Positions 18,477 through 28,202 are shown, counted from the first letter of the stretch. The stretch is DNA of 64,000 nt from an uncultured Pseudobdellovibrionaceae bacterium (GCA_964360255.1 CAYHVK010000017.1:4469-68468), one strand, 5' to 3'. The notes: generated by a model not told the origin, from the sequence alone. Program-made: numbers and translations.

Positions 18477-21400
18477 GAATTAAAAAACTCGAAATCGTTG
18501 GTTTTAAGTCGTTCAAAGACCGCACGGTCATTCAATTTGATCAGGGTATCACTGGTATCGTGGGTCCGAATGGTTGCGGTAAATCAAACATCGTAGATGC
18601 ACTTGTTTGGGTGATGGGCGAAATGTCCGCTAAACACCTTCGCGGCTCTAAAATGGATGATGTTATTTTCGCGGGTAGCGAAGGTTATGCTCCAATGGGT
18701 ATGGCTGAAGTTTCACTCACGCTTGAAAATGACGGTGGGCCATTCCCCGTTGCTTATCAGCGCTACACAGAGATTTCTGTAACTCGTCGTTTGCATCGTA
18801 ATGGTGAATCTGAATATTTAGTAAACCGTGAACCGGCTCGTCTTCGTGATATCCAAGAGATTTTCATGGATACAGGTGCAGGCTCAAAAGGTTTTTCGAT
18901 CATCGAGCAGGGCGCGATCGGTAAAATCGTAACGTCGAAGCCAGAAGATCGTCGTACGCTTATCGAAGAAGCGGCGGGTATTACGAAATTCAAAGTTCGT
19001 AAACGCGAATCGCAACGAAAACTTGAATCAACAGATGCCAACCTTGTTCGTCTTCAAGACATCATTGGTGAGCAAAAACGGCAGCTTGATTCTCTCGAGC
19101 GCCAGGCTCAGCGTGCTGAACGTTACCGCAAATTAAAAACTGAACTTCAAGATAAAGAAATGTGGCTCAACTCTAAGAGCTATTTGCAAATCGCAGATGA
19201 GCTCGTGGCGGCAGAAACACTTCTTGCGACTTCGCGTGATGAAGAAGCCATCCACAGTGGTGGAATCAATGAGCTTGAACTTCAAGTTCAGACTCTTCGC
19301 TTGAAGATGACTGAAAATGAAGCGCGTGTTCACGATAAACAACGTGAATTCCAAGATTTGAATACAAAAGTTCAAAATACTGAAATGCAAATTCGCGAAC
19401 TCAATTATGCTATTGAAAGTGCACGTCGCTCGAATGAGATGACGGGTTCAATCTTGTCGCAATATACAATGCGCCGAGAGAATTTAGCGGGTGAGAAAGA
19501 GAAAGTTGAAGAGTCGCTAGAAACAGCGCGCCTCGATGCTTTGCAATTTGAATCTGAATACCAGACTAAAAATGAAGAGTTCGTGAAAATCCAAGCCCGT
19601 GTGGGTGAGGCTGATCAAGAATTGACTGATAAGCGTCGTGAGATGCTGACAGTGACGGCCGCGGTGACTCACTTAGAGGCGCGCGAGCAAAGCTTAACTT
19701 CAAAATTATCTGACGAGCAGTCTCGTTTAGAAAACTCGGTTTCTCTTCTTGAAGAGCTCTCTGTGCGTAAAGCCGAGTTTGAAACTCGTCGCAACACGGT
19801 TTACAAAGCTCTCGAGTCTGAGCGCCAAATGCAACTGGACGTAGTAAAAGACATTGAGCTTATCGCTGAGAACCTCGGCATTCTTCGCAATCAAGTGGAT
19901 ACAAAACGCATTGAAAGCGAACAGATCAAAGACGAACTCAACCAAGTGGCTTCACGCCTTTACGGTTTAGAAGATCTTCAACAGAATTTTGAAGGCTTTC
20001 AAGACGGGGTGAAGAATATTCTGATGTGGCAGCGTACGCGCGCGACAGAAGCGGGTGTTGAAGGCGAAAAATTCCGTCCATTAGCTGAAGTTGTAGAAGT
20101 TCCTGAAAAATATGAACTCGCAATGGAAGCAGCTTTAGGTCAGCGTCTTCAAGTTCTCTTGAATGCTGATAATGAAGCGACTGATGGTGAGAGCTTAGAA
20201 GCTATTGATTACTTAAAAACGAATAAAGCCGGTCGCTCAAGTTTTGCAACGAGCGCTTCGGGTATGGGTGCAGCTTCTCGTGCGGCCACAACTTCAGGTG
20301 CGGCAGGTTTCTCTGGCGATTCATCTGGTGGAATGTCAGCGAGCGGATTGTCATCTGGCGGATATTCGGCCGGACTGTCATCTGATATGGCGATTTCTTC
20401 TGAAACAGCGACTTACGGAGATTTCGGTTCATCAACTGGTCTACAAACTGTAGAGACAACATCACTTGAGCCATTACGTGCTGAAGCTGGTTTTGATTCT
20501 TTCCTGGATGAAGTTGTGGCGATTGCTGAAACTCATCGCGCCGTTGTTAAACGTTTCTTCAATAACGTAGTGGTTGTAGACACTCTTGCGAATGCTCTCG
20601 TCATGTTCAAAAAATCTGAAGCGTGGAGAGCCTCTGGTCAAAATGTTCCGACTCGCACTTTTGTAACTCTTGAAGGCGATACTATTACTGCTGACGGAGT
20701 TATCACGGGCGGAGCCAGTGACAACGCTGAGAGCGGAGTTCTTCGTCGTCGTCGTGAAATCAAAGAACTTTCTTTAAAACGTGAAGAATTAGCCGGTAAG
20801 ACGCAACTTGCGGCTTTGACAGTTAAAAAAGCTGAAGAGCAACTTCGCGGCGTTGAAGGACAGCTTGAAGTCGCGAAAAAGAACAGCGTTGAGAAAGAAA
20901 TTCAAGTGGCGTCTTTGAGAAAAGATCTTGAGCGCGCTGAAATCGAATTCAACAACGCTCAAGCGGCTTTCGAGCGAGAAAAGTCTGAGAACGATAAACT
21001 GCAAATGTCAGTGAACACGGTTTCAGAAACTCTTTCTAATCTTCAAGAAGAGCTCACTGATCGCAGAATGCTTAAGGCTGAGCTTGATACTAAAGTTGAA
21101 AGCTTGACTGTTGAGCTCAATACGATTCGTACCGGAATCGATGAGCGTCAACGTGAAGTAACAGATCTTCGTATTCGCGCGGCCAGCCGTAAACAAGAAG
21201 TTGAAGGCCTTGAGCGCCAATTGCTTCTTGTTTCAACATCACTGAATGATCTTGAATCGCAACTCGCGCAAATGTCTGAAGAGTCTGAGCGTAATAACGA
21301 AACTCTTTCTAGCAGCCAAATTGCAGTTGAAAATCTTCAGTCTGAGCTCACTCGCTCAATTCATGCGACAAAAGAAGCTGAACTTGCGGTTTCAAACGAA

Positions 21401-22291
21401 AAGAATATTTTCGAGCAAGAACATGCAGAGCTTCGTCGGCAAGAAGAAGAGTTTAATTCTAAACAATCTCGTATTTACTCACTTCGCTCAACACTCAACG
21501 AAGCCCAGCTTAAGGCTGAACAGCTCCGTATGCGTGAAGCGTATTTAGTTGAGCAAACAACTGAGAAGTATCAGCTTTCACTTCGCGAAGTAGCTAATAA
21601 CTACCGCGAAATCGAAGGTGATCTAGAGGCGACAACTCGCGAAATCGAAGAACTTAAAGATAAAGTGAAGCGCATCGGCGAAGTGAACTTAGCTGCAATT
21701 CAAGAGTACGACGAATTAATCACTCGTTACACTTTCTTGACGAAACAGCATGAAGACTTAATCGAAGCGAAAGAGCACTTACGTAAAGTGATCGATCGTA
21801 TCAATCGTATTTGTGCTCGTCGTTTCAAAGAGACATTCGAGCTTGTGAACGACCGCTTTAAAAAGGTCTTCCCAGTATTGTTCGGTGGTGGTGAGGCGAG
21901 CCTTGTGCTTATCGAGTCAGCTGAGAACGATGATCCGGGAATCGATATTATTTCACGTCCTCCAGGTAAGAAAATGCAAAGCGTGACATTGCTCTCGGGT
22001 GGCGAAAAAGCCCTCACAGCCGTGTCATTGATTTTCTCGATCTTCCTTGTGAAGCCGAGCCCGTTCTGCTTACTGGATGAGGTTGATGCTCCGTTAGATG
22101 ATGCCAACGTCTTCCGTTTCAATGATCTCGTACGTGAGATGGCGAAACGTTCACAAATTATCGTTGTGACGCACAATAAGCACACGATGAGAGTGAACAA
22201 CAAGCTTTACGGCGTGACGATGCAAGAAAAAGGCGTTTCTAAAATGGTAAGCGTGAGCCTTGATGAAGCGGTTCGCACTGTAGTAGGGTAA
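18473..22291 (+). CDS. smc: Chromosome partition protein SMC
   Basis: Walker A GPNGCGKSN, long coiled coils, hinge, signature LSGGEKALTA, Walker B CLLDEVDAPLD. TTG start overlaps the ppdK stop. Confidence 0.95.
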   Translation: MRIKKLEIVGFKSFKDRTVIQFDQGITGIVGPNGCGKSNIVDALVWVMGEMSAKHLRGSKMDDVIFAGSEGYAPMGMAEVSLTLENDGGPFPVAYQRYTEISVTRRLHRNGESEYLVNREPARLRDIQEIFMDTGAGSKGFSIIEQGAIGKIVTSKPEDRRTLIEEAAGITKFKVRKRESQRKLESTDANLVRLQDIIGEQKRQLDSLERQAQRAERYRKLKTELQDKEMWLNSKSYLQIADELVAAETLLATSRDEEAIHSGGINELELQVQTLRLKMTENEARVHDKQREFQDLNTKVQNTEMQIRELNYAIESARRSNEMTGSILSQYTMRRENLAGEKEKVEESLETARLDALQFESEYQTKNEEFVKIQARVGEADQELTDKRREMLTVTAAVTHLEAREQSLTSKLSDEQSRLENSVSLLEELSVRKAEFETRRNTVYKALESERQMQLDVVKDIELIAENLGILRNQVDTKRIESEQIKDELNQVASRLYGLEDLQQNFEGFQDGVKNILMWQRTRATEAGVEGEKFRPLAEVVEVPEKYELAMEAALGQRLQVLLNADNEATDGESLEAIDYLKTNKAGRSSFATSASGMGAASRAATTSGAAGFSGDSSGGMSASGLSSGGYSAGLSSDMAISSETATYGDFGSSTGLQTVETTSLEPLRAEAGFDSFLDEVVAIAETHRAVVKRFFNNVVVVDTLANALVMFKKSEAWRASGQNVPTRTFVTLEGDTITADGVITGGASDNAESGVLRRRREIKELSLKREELAGKTQLAALTVKKAEEQLRGVEGQLEVAKKNSVEKEIQVASLRKDLERAEIEFNNAQAAFEREKSENDKLQMSVNTVSETLSNLQEELTDRRMLKAELDTKVESLTVELNTIRTGIDERQREVTDLRIRAASRKQEVEGLERQLLLVSTSLNDLESQLAQMSEESERNNETLSSSQIAVENLQSELTRSIHATKEAELAVSNEKNIFEQEHAELRRQEEEFNSKQSRIYSLRSTLNEAQLKAEQLRMREAYLVEQTTEKYQLSLREVANNYREIEGDLEATTREIEELKDKVKRIGEVNLAAIQEYDELITRYTFLTKQHEDLIEAKEHLRKVIDRINRICARRFKETFELVNDRFKKVFPVLFGGGEASLVLIESAENDDPGIDIISRPPGKKMQSVTLLSGGEKALTAVSLIFSIFLVKPSPFCLLDEVDAPLDDANVFRFNDLVREMAKRSQIIVVTHNKHTMRVNNKLYGVTMQEKGVSKMVSVSLDEAVRTVVG

Positions 22292-22333
22292 TTTTCGTCG
22301 CGATTTTCGCGGCGAACCTGCAGGAGCCTGTCA

Positions 22334-23527
22334 TTGGAATTTGATCCCTCGATATTTTTAATCATTGGTGTTGTCGTGTTTCTCGGAGTCGTGGCTTCGG
22401 GGGTTTATTATTTTGCCAGATACGCCATCAAGACTGATGCTAATGATAAAGAAGTTTTTGGTTCACTCAAACAGGGTGAGGATACGCCTGAGTCGGCTGC
22501 TCGCGAAGCGGGTGCGCAAGCTTCAGCTGCCTCTGATCTTAAAAGTGCTGAGGCGTCTCAAAGACGAGAAGCCCTTACGCCTGAAGCGCCGAAACGATTT
22601 AAAACTCTTGAAGAAGCTCTCGCCGGTACAAAATCAAGTCTTTGGGGCCGAATGGCTTCAACTTTTACCGCGTCCTCAACCATTAGCGATGATTTGCAAC
22701 ATATTGAAGAGGTTTTATTCACCAGTGATTTGGGCCCGCAAACCGCTCAGCATTTATTAGAAAAAGTCGGAGATCGCCTCGATCGTAAAGAAAAATCCAA
22801 CGCTGAAAAAGTTCGAGCTGCTTTAAGAGCCGAAATGCTCGCGGTCTTTCAAGAAAACGCGGCATTTGAAAAAAATAAAGATTTATTTGATAAAGCCAAA
22901 GATCAAAAAGGTCGCGGCGAAATCGTGGTCTGGATGGTTGTTGGTGTTAATGGCGCAGGTAAAACAACAACGATCGGAAAGCTCGCTTCACTGGCTCAAC
23001 TTCAAGGTTTAAAGCCAATGATCGTAGCTGGTGATACATTTCGTGCGGCGGCCGATAGTCAGCTGCGTGTTTGGTCTGAGCGCTCTGGCAGTCTTTATTA
23101 TTCTAGTGACGTCACGAAAGATCCGAGTGCTGTGGCTTATCAGGCTTTAGAAAAAGCGAAATCAGAAAAAGTAGATTTGGTTTTAATCGACACCGCTGGC
23201 CGCCTTCACACTCAAGACAATTTGATGGAAGAGCTGAAGAAAATGAAGCGAGTTATGACAAAAGTAATCGCTGATGCACCTCACGAGGTGATCATTGTTC
23301 TTGATGCGAACAATGGGCAGAACGCACTTGAGCAAGCTCGTCAATTTCATAAAGCCGTGGGGATTTCTGCCGCGATTTTGACTAAGCTTGATGGAACTTC
23401 AAAGGGTGGGGTGGCTGTAGGTCTAGCCTCTGAGTTGAATATTCCTATACGATTTGTGGGAATTGGTGAAGGTGTTGAAGATCTTCGTATTTTTTCTGCA
23501 GAAGCTTTTGTAGACTCTATAATATGA
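22334..23527 (+). CDS. ftsY: Signal recognition particle receptor FtsY
   Basis: NG domain GVNGAGKTTTIGKLA, DTAGRLH, TKLDGTSKGG. N-terminal hydrophobic anchor plus an acidic A-region. TTG start. Confidence 0.95.
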   Translation: MEFDPSIFLIIGVVVFLGVVASGVYYFARYAIKTDANDKEVFGSLKQGEDTPESAAREAGAQASAASDLKSAEASQRREALTPEAPKRFKTLEEALAGTKSSLWGRMASTFTASSTISDDLQHIEEVLFTSDLGPQTAQHLLEKVGDRLDRKEKSNAEKVRAALRAEMLAVFQENAAFEKNKDLFDKAKDQKGRGEIVVWMVVGVNGAGKTTTIGKLASLAQLQGLKPMIVAGDTFRAAADSQLRVWSERSGSLYYSSDVTKDPSAVAYQALEKAKSEKVDLVLIDTAGRLHTQDNLMEELKKMKRVMTKVIADAPHEVIIVLDANNGQNALEQARQFHKAVGISAAILTKLDGTSKGGVAVGLASELNIPIRFVGIGEGVEDLRIFSAEAFVDSII

Positions 23528-25167
23528 ATTGGTCCCATTCCATTGTGACCTTGGCCTTTGCCGGAACATGTTTCTTCATGCTCGGTACCAGCCTGGTCTC
23601 AGAAAACTTACAAAAAATCGCCGCGAATCGCATCCGCGATATTCTAGTTAAAATCAGTGGTAAAACATATTATGGAGTTTTAGCGGGCGCAGGTTTAACT
23701 ATGCTCGTGCAAAGTTCTGGCGCCGTGATGGCGATGCTTGTTGGTTTGGGTACAGCTGGGGTGATTTCGCTCCCGCAAGTGATGGGCGTTATTCTTGGAG
23801 TCGGCATTGGTACGACGATTACAGTTCAGCTTCTCAGTTTTAATATTGCGCAGTTCGGTTTACCGATTTTTGCTATTTGCTTTACTATTCAGTTTCTCAC
23901 GGCTCGCCCGGTCGTTTCGCGCGCCATGGGTGTAGGGATGGGTTTTGGGCTCATGTTCTGGGGCCTTGAGATGATCACTCTGGGCACAGCTGGTTTGCGT
24001 GATGTTGAGTATTTCGTGCGCATGCTTGATTACTTAAAAGAAAATCCATTTATTCTTCTCGGGGCAGTAGCCGTTTTTACGGCGCTTTTGCAGTCTAGTG
24101 CCGCCGTTGTGGGTATTGCGATATCTCTAGCAGGTTCAGGTTTAATTTCTATGACTGATGCCTTCTATTGGGTCTACGGAGCGAATATTGGCACAACAGC
24201 CGTCGGTTTAATTGCGGCTGCGGGTGCGAACTACGTCGGTCGACAAGTGGCGTGGGCCCACTGTGCGCACAAAGTTTTGATGGTGTTTTTACTTTATTAT
24301 CTGACGCCGTATTTAGCTGAGTGGACTTCAATGGGAGTTCCGCAGCGTGATGTGGCCAATGCCCATTTGCTTTTCAACCTTCTCGGCGCTCTTTTATTTT
24401 ATCCATTTGTTGGTTATGGGGTTCGGCAGCTCGAGAAGTGGATTCAGCCTCGTGAGAACGAGCGCGACTTCTCAGTGAAATACTTAGATCGTGTCAACTT
24501 TGAATCTCCGGCTATCTGTATAGCTCACGCTGAGCGCGAAATTATGCGCATGGGTGATATCGTGCTTTCAATGCTCAAAGATTCAATTACGGTTTTACGG
24601 GATGATAACCCAGATTTAATTAAAGAGATGCGCGCCCGTGACAATAAAGTGGATTTGCTCAATCGCGAGATTTCACTTTTTATTACTAAATACATGGAGA
24701 GCGCCGAAAGCGGAATGCACAAGCAGATGATTCGTCTGTTCTCGGTGGCCGCTGATTTAGAAAGTGCGGCGGATGTTATTGATAATTCTATGCTAGAGCT
24801 CGCCGGTAAGAAGCATAAGCTCAAAGTTGAATTCAGCGACGAGGGCTGGAAAGAAATCGAAACTATGCACAACGCCGTAACCGAAGTGGCAATGATGTCG
24901 CTGAGTTGTTTTCAAGTGCAGAGTCGCGACCTGGCTGAAAAAGTCATCCAATCTAAGAGAGATATCCGAAAGCTTGAAAAGGTGATGCGAGAGTCCCATA
25001 TTTCTCGTCTTGTGAAAGGCCGCTCGGATAGTATTAATACATCTTCAATCCATATGGATGTGCTGAGTGACTATCGCCGAATCGTTGGCCTCTTCTCAAA
25101 CCATGTCTATCACTTGGCTAAACCAGACAGCGAAAAATTTGTGATCACTAAACGTGGTGGAATGTAG
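23524..25167 (+). CDS. Na+/phosphate cotransporter family protein with PhoU-like C-terminal domain
   Basis: Multi-TM N-half with duplicated 'Q.SSA...' motifs (VQSSGAVMAM; LQSSAAVVGI). Helical PhoU-like C-half. ATGA overlap with ftsY. Confidence 0.85.
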   Translation: MNWSHSIVTLAFAGTCFFMLGTSLVSENLQKIAANRIRDILVKISGKTYYGVLAGAGLTMLVQSSGAVMAMLVGLGTAGVISLPQVMGVILGVGIGTTITVQLLSFNIAQFGLPIFAICFTIQFLTARPVVSRAMGVGMGFGLMFWGLEMITLGTAGLRDVEYFVRMLDYLKENPFILLGAVAVFTALLQSSAAVVGIAISLAGSGLISMTDAFYWVYGANIGTTAVGLIAAAGANYVGRQVAWAHCAHKVLMVFLLYYLTPYLAEWTSMGVPQRDVANAHLLFNLLGALLFYPFVGYGVRQLEKWIQPRENERDFSVKYLDRVNFESPAICIAHAEREIMRMGDIVLSMLKDSITVLRDDNPDLIKEMRARDNKVDLLNREISLFITKYMESAESGMHKQMIRLFSVAADLESAADVIDNSMLELAGKKHKLKVEFSDEGWKEIETMHNAVTEVAMMSLSCFQVQSRDLAEKVIQSKRDIRKLEKVMRESHISRLVKGRSDSINTSSIHMDVLSDYRRIVGLFSNHVYHLAKPDSEKFVITKRGGM

Positions 25168-25214
25168 TCGAGGCCGGTGGCGGATGTGAAGCTACTGAGA
25201 ACTAGAAGCATCAT

Positions 25215-25289
25215 CTGAGAAGTGTCGTTTGAGAAACGTCTGAGAAGTCGTCTATGAGGATCGTCTGAGAAATGTCGTCGCTAACTGAC
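25215..25289. repeat. Three tandem degenerate 25-bp repeats (CTGAGAAGTnnnnTnTGAGnAnCGT)
   Basis: Units start at 25215, 25240 and 25265: CTGAGAAGTGTCGTTTGAGAAACGT / CTGAGAAGTCGTCTATGAGGATCGT / CTGAGAAATGTCGTCGCTAACTGAC. Extra CTGAGAA copies occur at 25195 and 25536. Confidence 0.7.
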
Positions 25290-25301
25290 GGGGGTACGTG
25301 T

Positions 25302-25353
25302 TTTCGCTGACCGATCGACACGTGCACTTTATTTGCTGACCGATATGTCCGTG
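25302..25353. repeat. Two direct repeats TT(c/t)GCTGACCGAT-N5/6-CGTG, 29 bp apart
   Basis: GCTGACCGAT occurs at 25306-25315 and 25335-25344. Each copy is followed by ...CGTG. Confidence 0.6.
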
Positions 25354-25432
25354 TCCGGCACGATTTTCTCTGAACGCAATGCGACTTCAACGTTGGAGGT
25401 AGAATTACCTCTTCTAAATGATGAATCCAAAT

Positions 25433-25483
25433 ATCATGATCACTCTCTAAAAATATTGAATACACTCCACAAATCATGATCAC
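25433..25483. repeat. Two copies of ATCATGATCAC (palindromic core ATCATGAT), 40 bp apart
   Basis: Exact 11-mers at 25433-25443 and 25473-25483. Both are preceded by CCA(c)AA(t). Confidence 0.6.
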
Positions 25484-25738
25484 ATTCAAAAATTATAAAT
25501 TTATTCCCAAATTTATGTTGACGTAAATTTCACGTCTGAGAATGCGCTGAGTGAAGTTTAAATTTGCCGTGCAGGTTGGTACATTCTCGATTGTCCGAGA
25601 CGATTCTAGAGGCCAATTGGATCAAATAGAGTGAGTCGATTTGTGTCCGCCGTCCGGATTATTAATTTAAAAATAATTCGTAAAATAGAGATTTTAAAAG
25701 CCATGTTAATAAAATTATCCAACTAACTAGGAGTTACT

Positions 25739-26629
25739 ATGGCTTTACTTAAAATTGACAACTACGAACAAAAATTAATTATCCGACTTAAAGATCTTTT
25801 TCATCAGGAAAATGAGATCGTTAATGAATCAATCGAACTGCTCAGTCAGATTGAAAAGAGAAAGATTTTTTTAAAGATGGGGTATCCGAGTCTTTATGAG
25901 TTCTGTATTCAAGAGCTTAAGTATTCGGAAGGAACCGCATATAGAAGAATATCTGTGGCTCGACTTTTAAGAGAATTGCCAGAAATTAAAGAAAAAGTAG
26001 ATTCTGGCGTGGTAAATTTAACCTCACTTTCTCAGGCTCAGTCATTTTTTAACAAACGATTTAAAGAAAATGCACCATTGCAAAAAGAAGAAAAGATGTT
26101 GTTGATTGAGAGATTAGAAAATAAAAGTCATCGCGAATGCGAAAAAGAAATACTCAAGCTAGACCCCAAGGCCCATAGGCCTGATCAAGCTCGGCAAATT
26201 AACAACGACCTGACTGAAATCCGCTTAACAGTAGATAGTGAATTTATGGCGGTGCTAAATCGACTTCGCGAACGTCTATCGAGTCGTGGAATTTTAGAGA
26301 ATAAAGATGTTATTTTTCACGCGCTTAAAACAGAAGTGACAAGACTCACTAAGAATCCAAAAGAAGTGAGCGCTATCACTTATTTATCGAAACATAATAT
26401 TTTTGAGCGAAAGGGTCGCATAGTCATTCCGCACTCGCTTCGCGCTCTTGTTCATACAAAGTCGAATTGGGAGTGTTCTTACGTAAATCCACAAAGCCAT
26501 AAAAAATGCTCAAGCCGTCATTTTTTACAGATAGACCATATTATTCCGGTGAGTCGCGGAGGAACCAACAACCTCAACAATTTACAGCTGATGTGTTCAG
26601 CACATAATCAGTTAAAGTCTGATAACTGA
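25739..26629 (+). CDS. HNH endonuclease with DUF222-like helical N-terminal domain
   Basis: C-terminal HNH motif HFLQIDHIIPVSRGGTNNLNNLQLMCSAHNQLK. N-terminal block GYPSLYEFCIQELKYSEGTAYRRISVARLL is typical of the '13E12/DUF222' HNH family. AGGAG lies 6 nt before the ATG. Confidence 0.85.
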   Translation: MALLKIDNYEQKLIIRLKDLFHQENEIVNESIELLSQIEKRKIFLKMGYPSLYEFCIQELKYSEGTAYRRISVARLLRELPEIKEKVDSGVVNLTSLSQAQSFFNKRFKENAPLQKEEKMLLIERLENKSHRECEKEILKLDPKAHRPDQARQINNDLTEIRLTVDSEFMAVLNRLRERLSSRGILENKDVIFHALKTEVTRLTKNPKEVSAITYLSKHNIFERKGRIVIPHSLRALVHTKSNWECSYVNPQSHKKCSSRHFLQIDHIIPVSRGGTNNLNNLQLMCSAHNQLKSDN

Positions 26630-27068
26630 TGGGGTGTCCGATAATTGGCGGAATTGTCTATCTATTAGCTGATGGAGTTATGTATCTCAATACACATTGG
26701 AAGAGGCTGGCGATTCATTATTTTAACGCTCAGATTTTAATTAGATGGCAATACCTTTGGAATACGCCCTTGCTATCTTTATTTTTTGTCTTCGTATCTG
26801 TCTTTGCAGGTGATTCATGCTGAAATCGCCCGCCAAGGCAGCGCGTTAAGTGCTTGATCTTTGACCACTCCCGCAGTCTGCGCTACCAATATTAGTGAAG
26901 GTTTCTTGGATTTTTGCCCCAAGCTTAAATCCATATAAATCGAACTGGTAAATGATTTAGAGAATTCTTGAATTGATAGATAGAGTTTTCGATCAGGTAT
27001 CAGAGCGGCCACACCTTCAATTGGTTTTAACTTTTCAAACTGGTACAGCTCTAAAGGAGAATACCATC

Positions 27069-27362
27069 ATGGAAGCCGGCAAAAATGTTTACGAAGTGCA
27101 GGTTGCAGGTCTTCCGCTTAAGCTCCGTTCGTCTCATGATCAATCAACAGTCAATGAACTCATTGGTTTCGTCGATCAAAAAGTAAAAGAAGTCATGGGT
27201 GCAGCTCCAAGTATTTCATTTCAAAATGCATTACTCTTGGCCGCATTAAATATCGCTGAAGATCTTGTCCTACTTAAAAGAGTAGCTCGCCAAGAACTTG
27301 GTGCCCTTGAAACTCAAGCCGAACGTATCTTAGAGCAAATAGAGGAAGCACAATCGAACTGA
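27069..27362 (+). CDS. zapA: Cell division protein ZapA
   Basis: 97 aa. YEVQVAGLPLKLRSSHD...FQNALLLAALNIAEDL plus a coiled-coil tail. ATG at 27069 with AAAGGAGAA upstream. The track ORF starts 32 codons earlier with no support. Confidence 0.8.
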   Translation: MEAGKNVYEVQVAGLPLKLRSSHDQSTVNELIGFVDQKVKEVMGAAPSISFQNALLLAALNIAEDLVLLKRVARQELGALETQAERILEQIEEAQSN

Positions 27363-27434
27363 AGGTTTCGTAAGCCAAAGGCTTTTAAAAGCCTGGGACT
27401 TTAAAATCCAGTTCATTCTGCTTGGTCCGCAAGG

Positions 27435-28202
27435 ATGACTCTATCAGCCGCCTGCACTTCTGGGGATGAAGTGTTTATTTCAGATCAAGACATTCAAAGC
27501 TTAAAAGCTGAGCAGCGCCATCGAGCTCGCAAAGTCTTGAACGCAATCCCAGATAAAGATCAGAAAAGTTTTACCATTCGCGAAAAAATCCGCTCGTTTA
27601 TTGCTCCCTATTTTGAAACGCCTGGTCTCGACAATCCAAGCGCCAGCCGTCGTCGGCTCATCTGCGGCCTATTCATGGGTCTGCCCAGCGAACCGAACTT
27701 ACGTGAGCTTGTAGGCGACCTAGCTATTCAACCTGACCTTGAAAATGTGTTCTGGGCTTTACCTCGCATTCAAAAGGAGCCGACGCTAGAGCACGAATCA
27801 CTCAAATTCTATGTTTGCGATAGTGCATTGCCTATTGAAGAATGCCTCGAGAAAAACGAATTCGGTATCGAAGAGCCCCTCCTTTCTAAGGCCCAAGAAG
27901 TGACGGCCTCGCAAATGAACCTGATTTTTATGCCCGGACTCGCATTCGATAAAGAAATGAATCGTCTTGGTCGGGGCAAAGCTTACTACGACCGGTTTTT
28001 ACAAAACTACCAAGGTCTTAAAGTCGGCGTTTTATTTCATGATCAAATTATAAATGAAAATCTCGTGGTGCAGCCTCATGACATCAAAATGGACTGGATC
28101 ATCACTGAGAATTGCATGTACAAAAAAATGATATTTAAAGAACAGCCTAAAGCGAATCCGCCATTATTCAATGGCGAAAAGACAGAGAAAAGGACAGCAT
28201 AA
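27435..28202 (+). CDS. 5-formyltetrahydrofolate cyclo-ligase
   Basis: LIFMPGLAFDKEMNRLGRGKAYYDRFL matches the family motif 'vPg.aFD..G.RlG.G.GyYDRfL'. The real start may be GTG 27471 (GGGGA upstream). Confidence 0.8.
   Translation: MTLSAACTSGDEVFISDQDIQSLKAEQRHRARKVLNAIPDKDQKSFTIREKIRSFIAPYFETPGLDNPSASRRRLICGLFMGLPSEPNLRELVGDLAIQPDLENVFWALPRIQKEPTLEHESLKFYVCDSALPIEECLEKNEFGIEEPLLSKAQEVTASQMNLIFMPGLAFDKEMNRLGRGKAYYDRFLQNYQGLKVGVLFHDQIINENLVVQPHDIKMDWIITENCMYKKMIFKEQPKANPPLFNGEKTEKRTA

Noticed and set aside
25215-25289. Possible miniature CRISPR array
   Set aside because: The 25-bp units are directly tandem with no spacers, they are degenerate, and no cas genes are nearby.
25211-25489. 92-aa ORF on the minus strand across the repeat field
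   Set aside because: It has no ribosome-binding site and no recognisable domain. Its reading frame simply runs through the tandem DNA repeats. I treat it as non-coding.
26629-26823. 64-aa hydrophobic ORF overlapping the HNH stop (TGATG)
   Set aside because: It has no ribosome-binding site and an odd composition ending in ...AGDSC. It could be a real small membrane peptide, but the sequence alone does not support calling it.
27363-27470. 6S RNA (ssrS) expected between zapA and the 5-formyl-THF cyclo-ligase gene, as in the E. coli zapA-ssrS-ygfA arrangement
   Set aside because: The gap is only ~70-107 nt, depending on the start codon. 6S RNA is ~180 nt. I could not pair the ends into a long closing stem with a central bubble. 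The palindrome AGGCTTTTAAAAGCCT (about 27380) is more likely a small hairpin after zapA. An Infernal scan with the 6S model over 26630-27560 would settle it.
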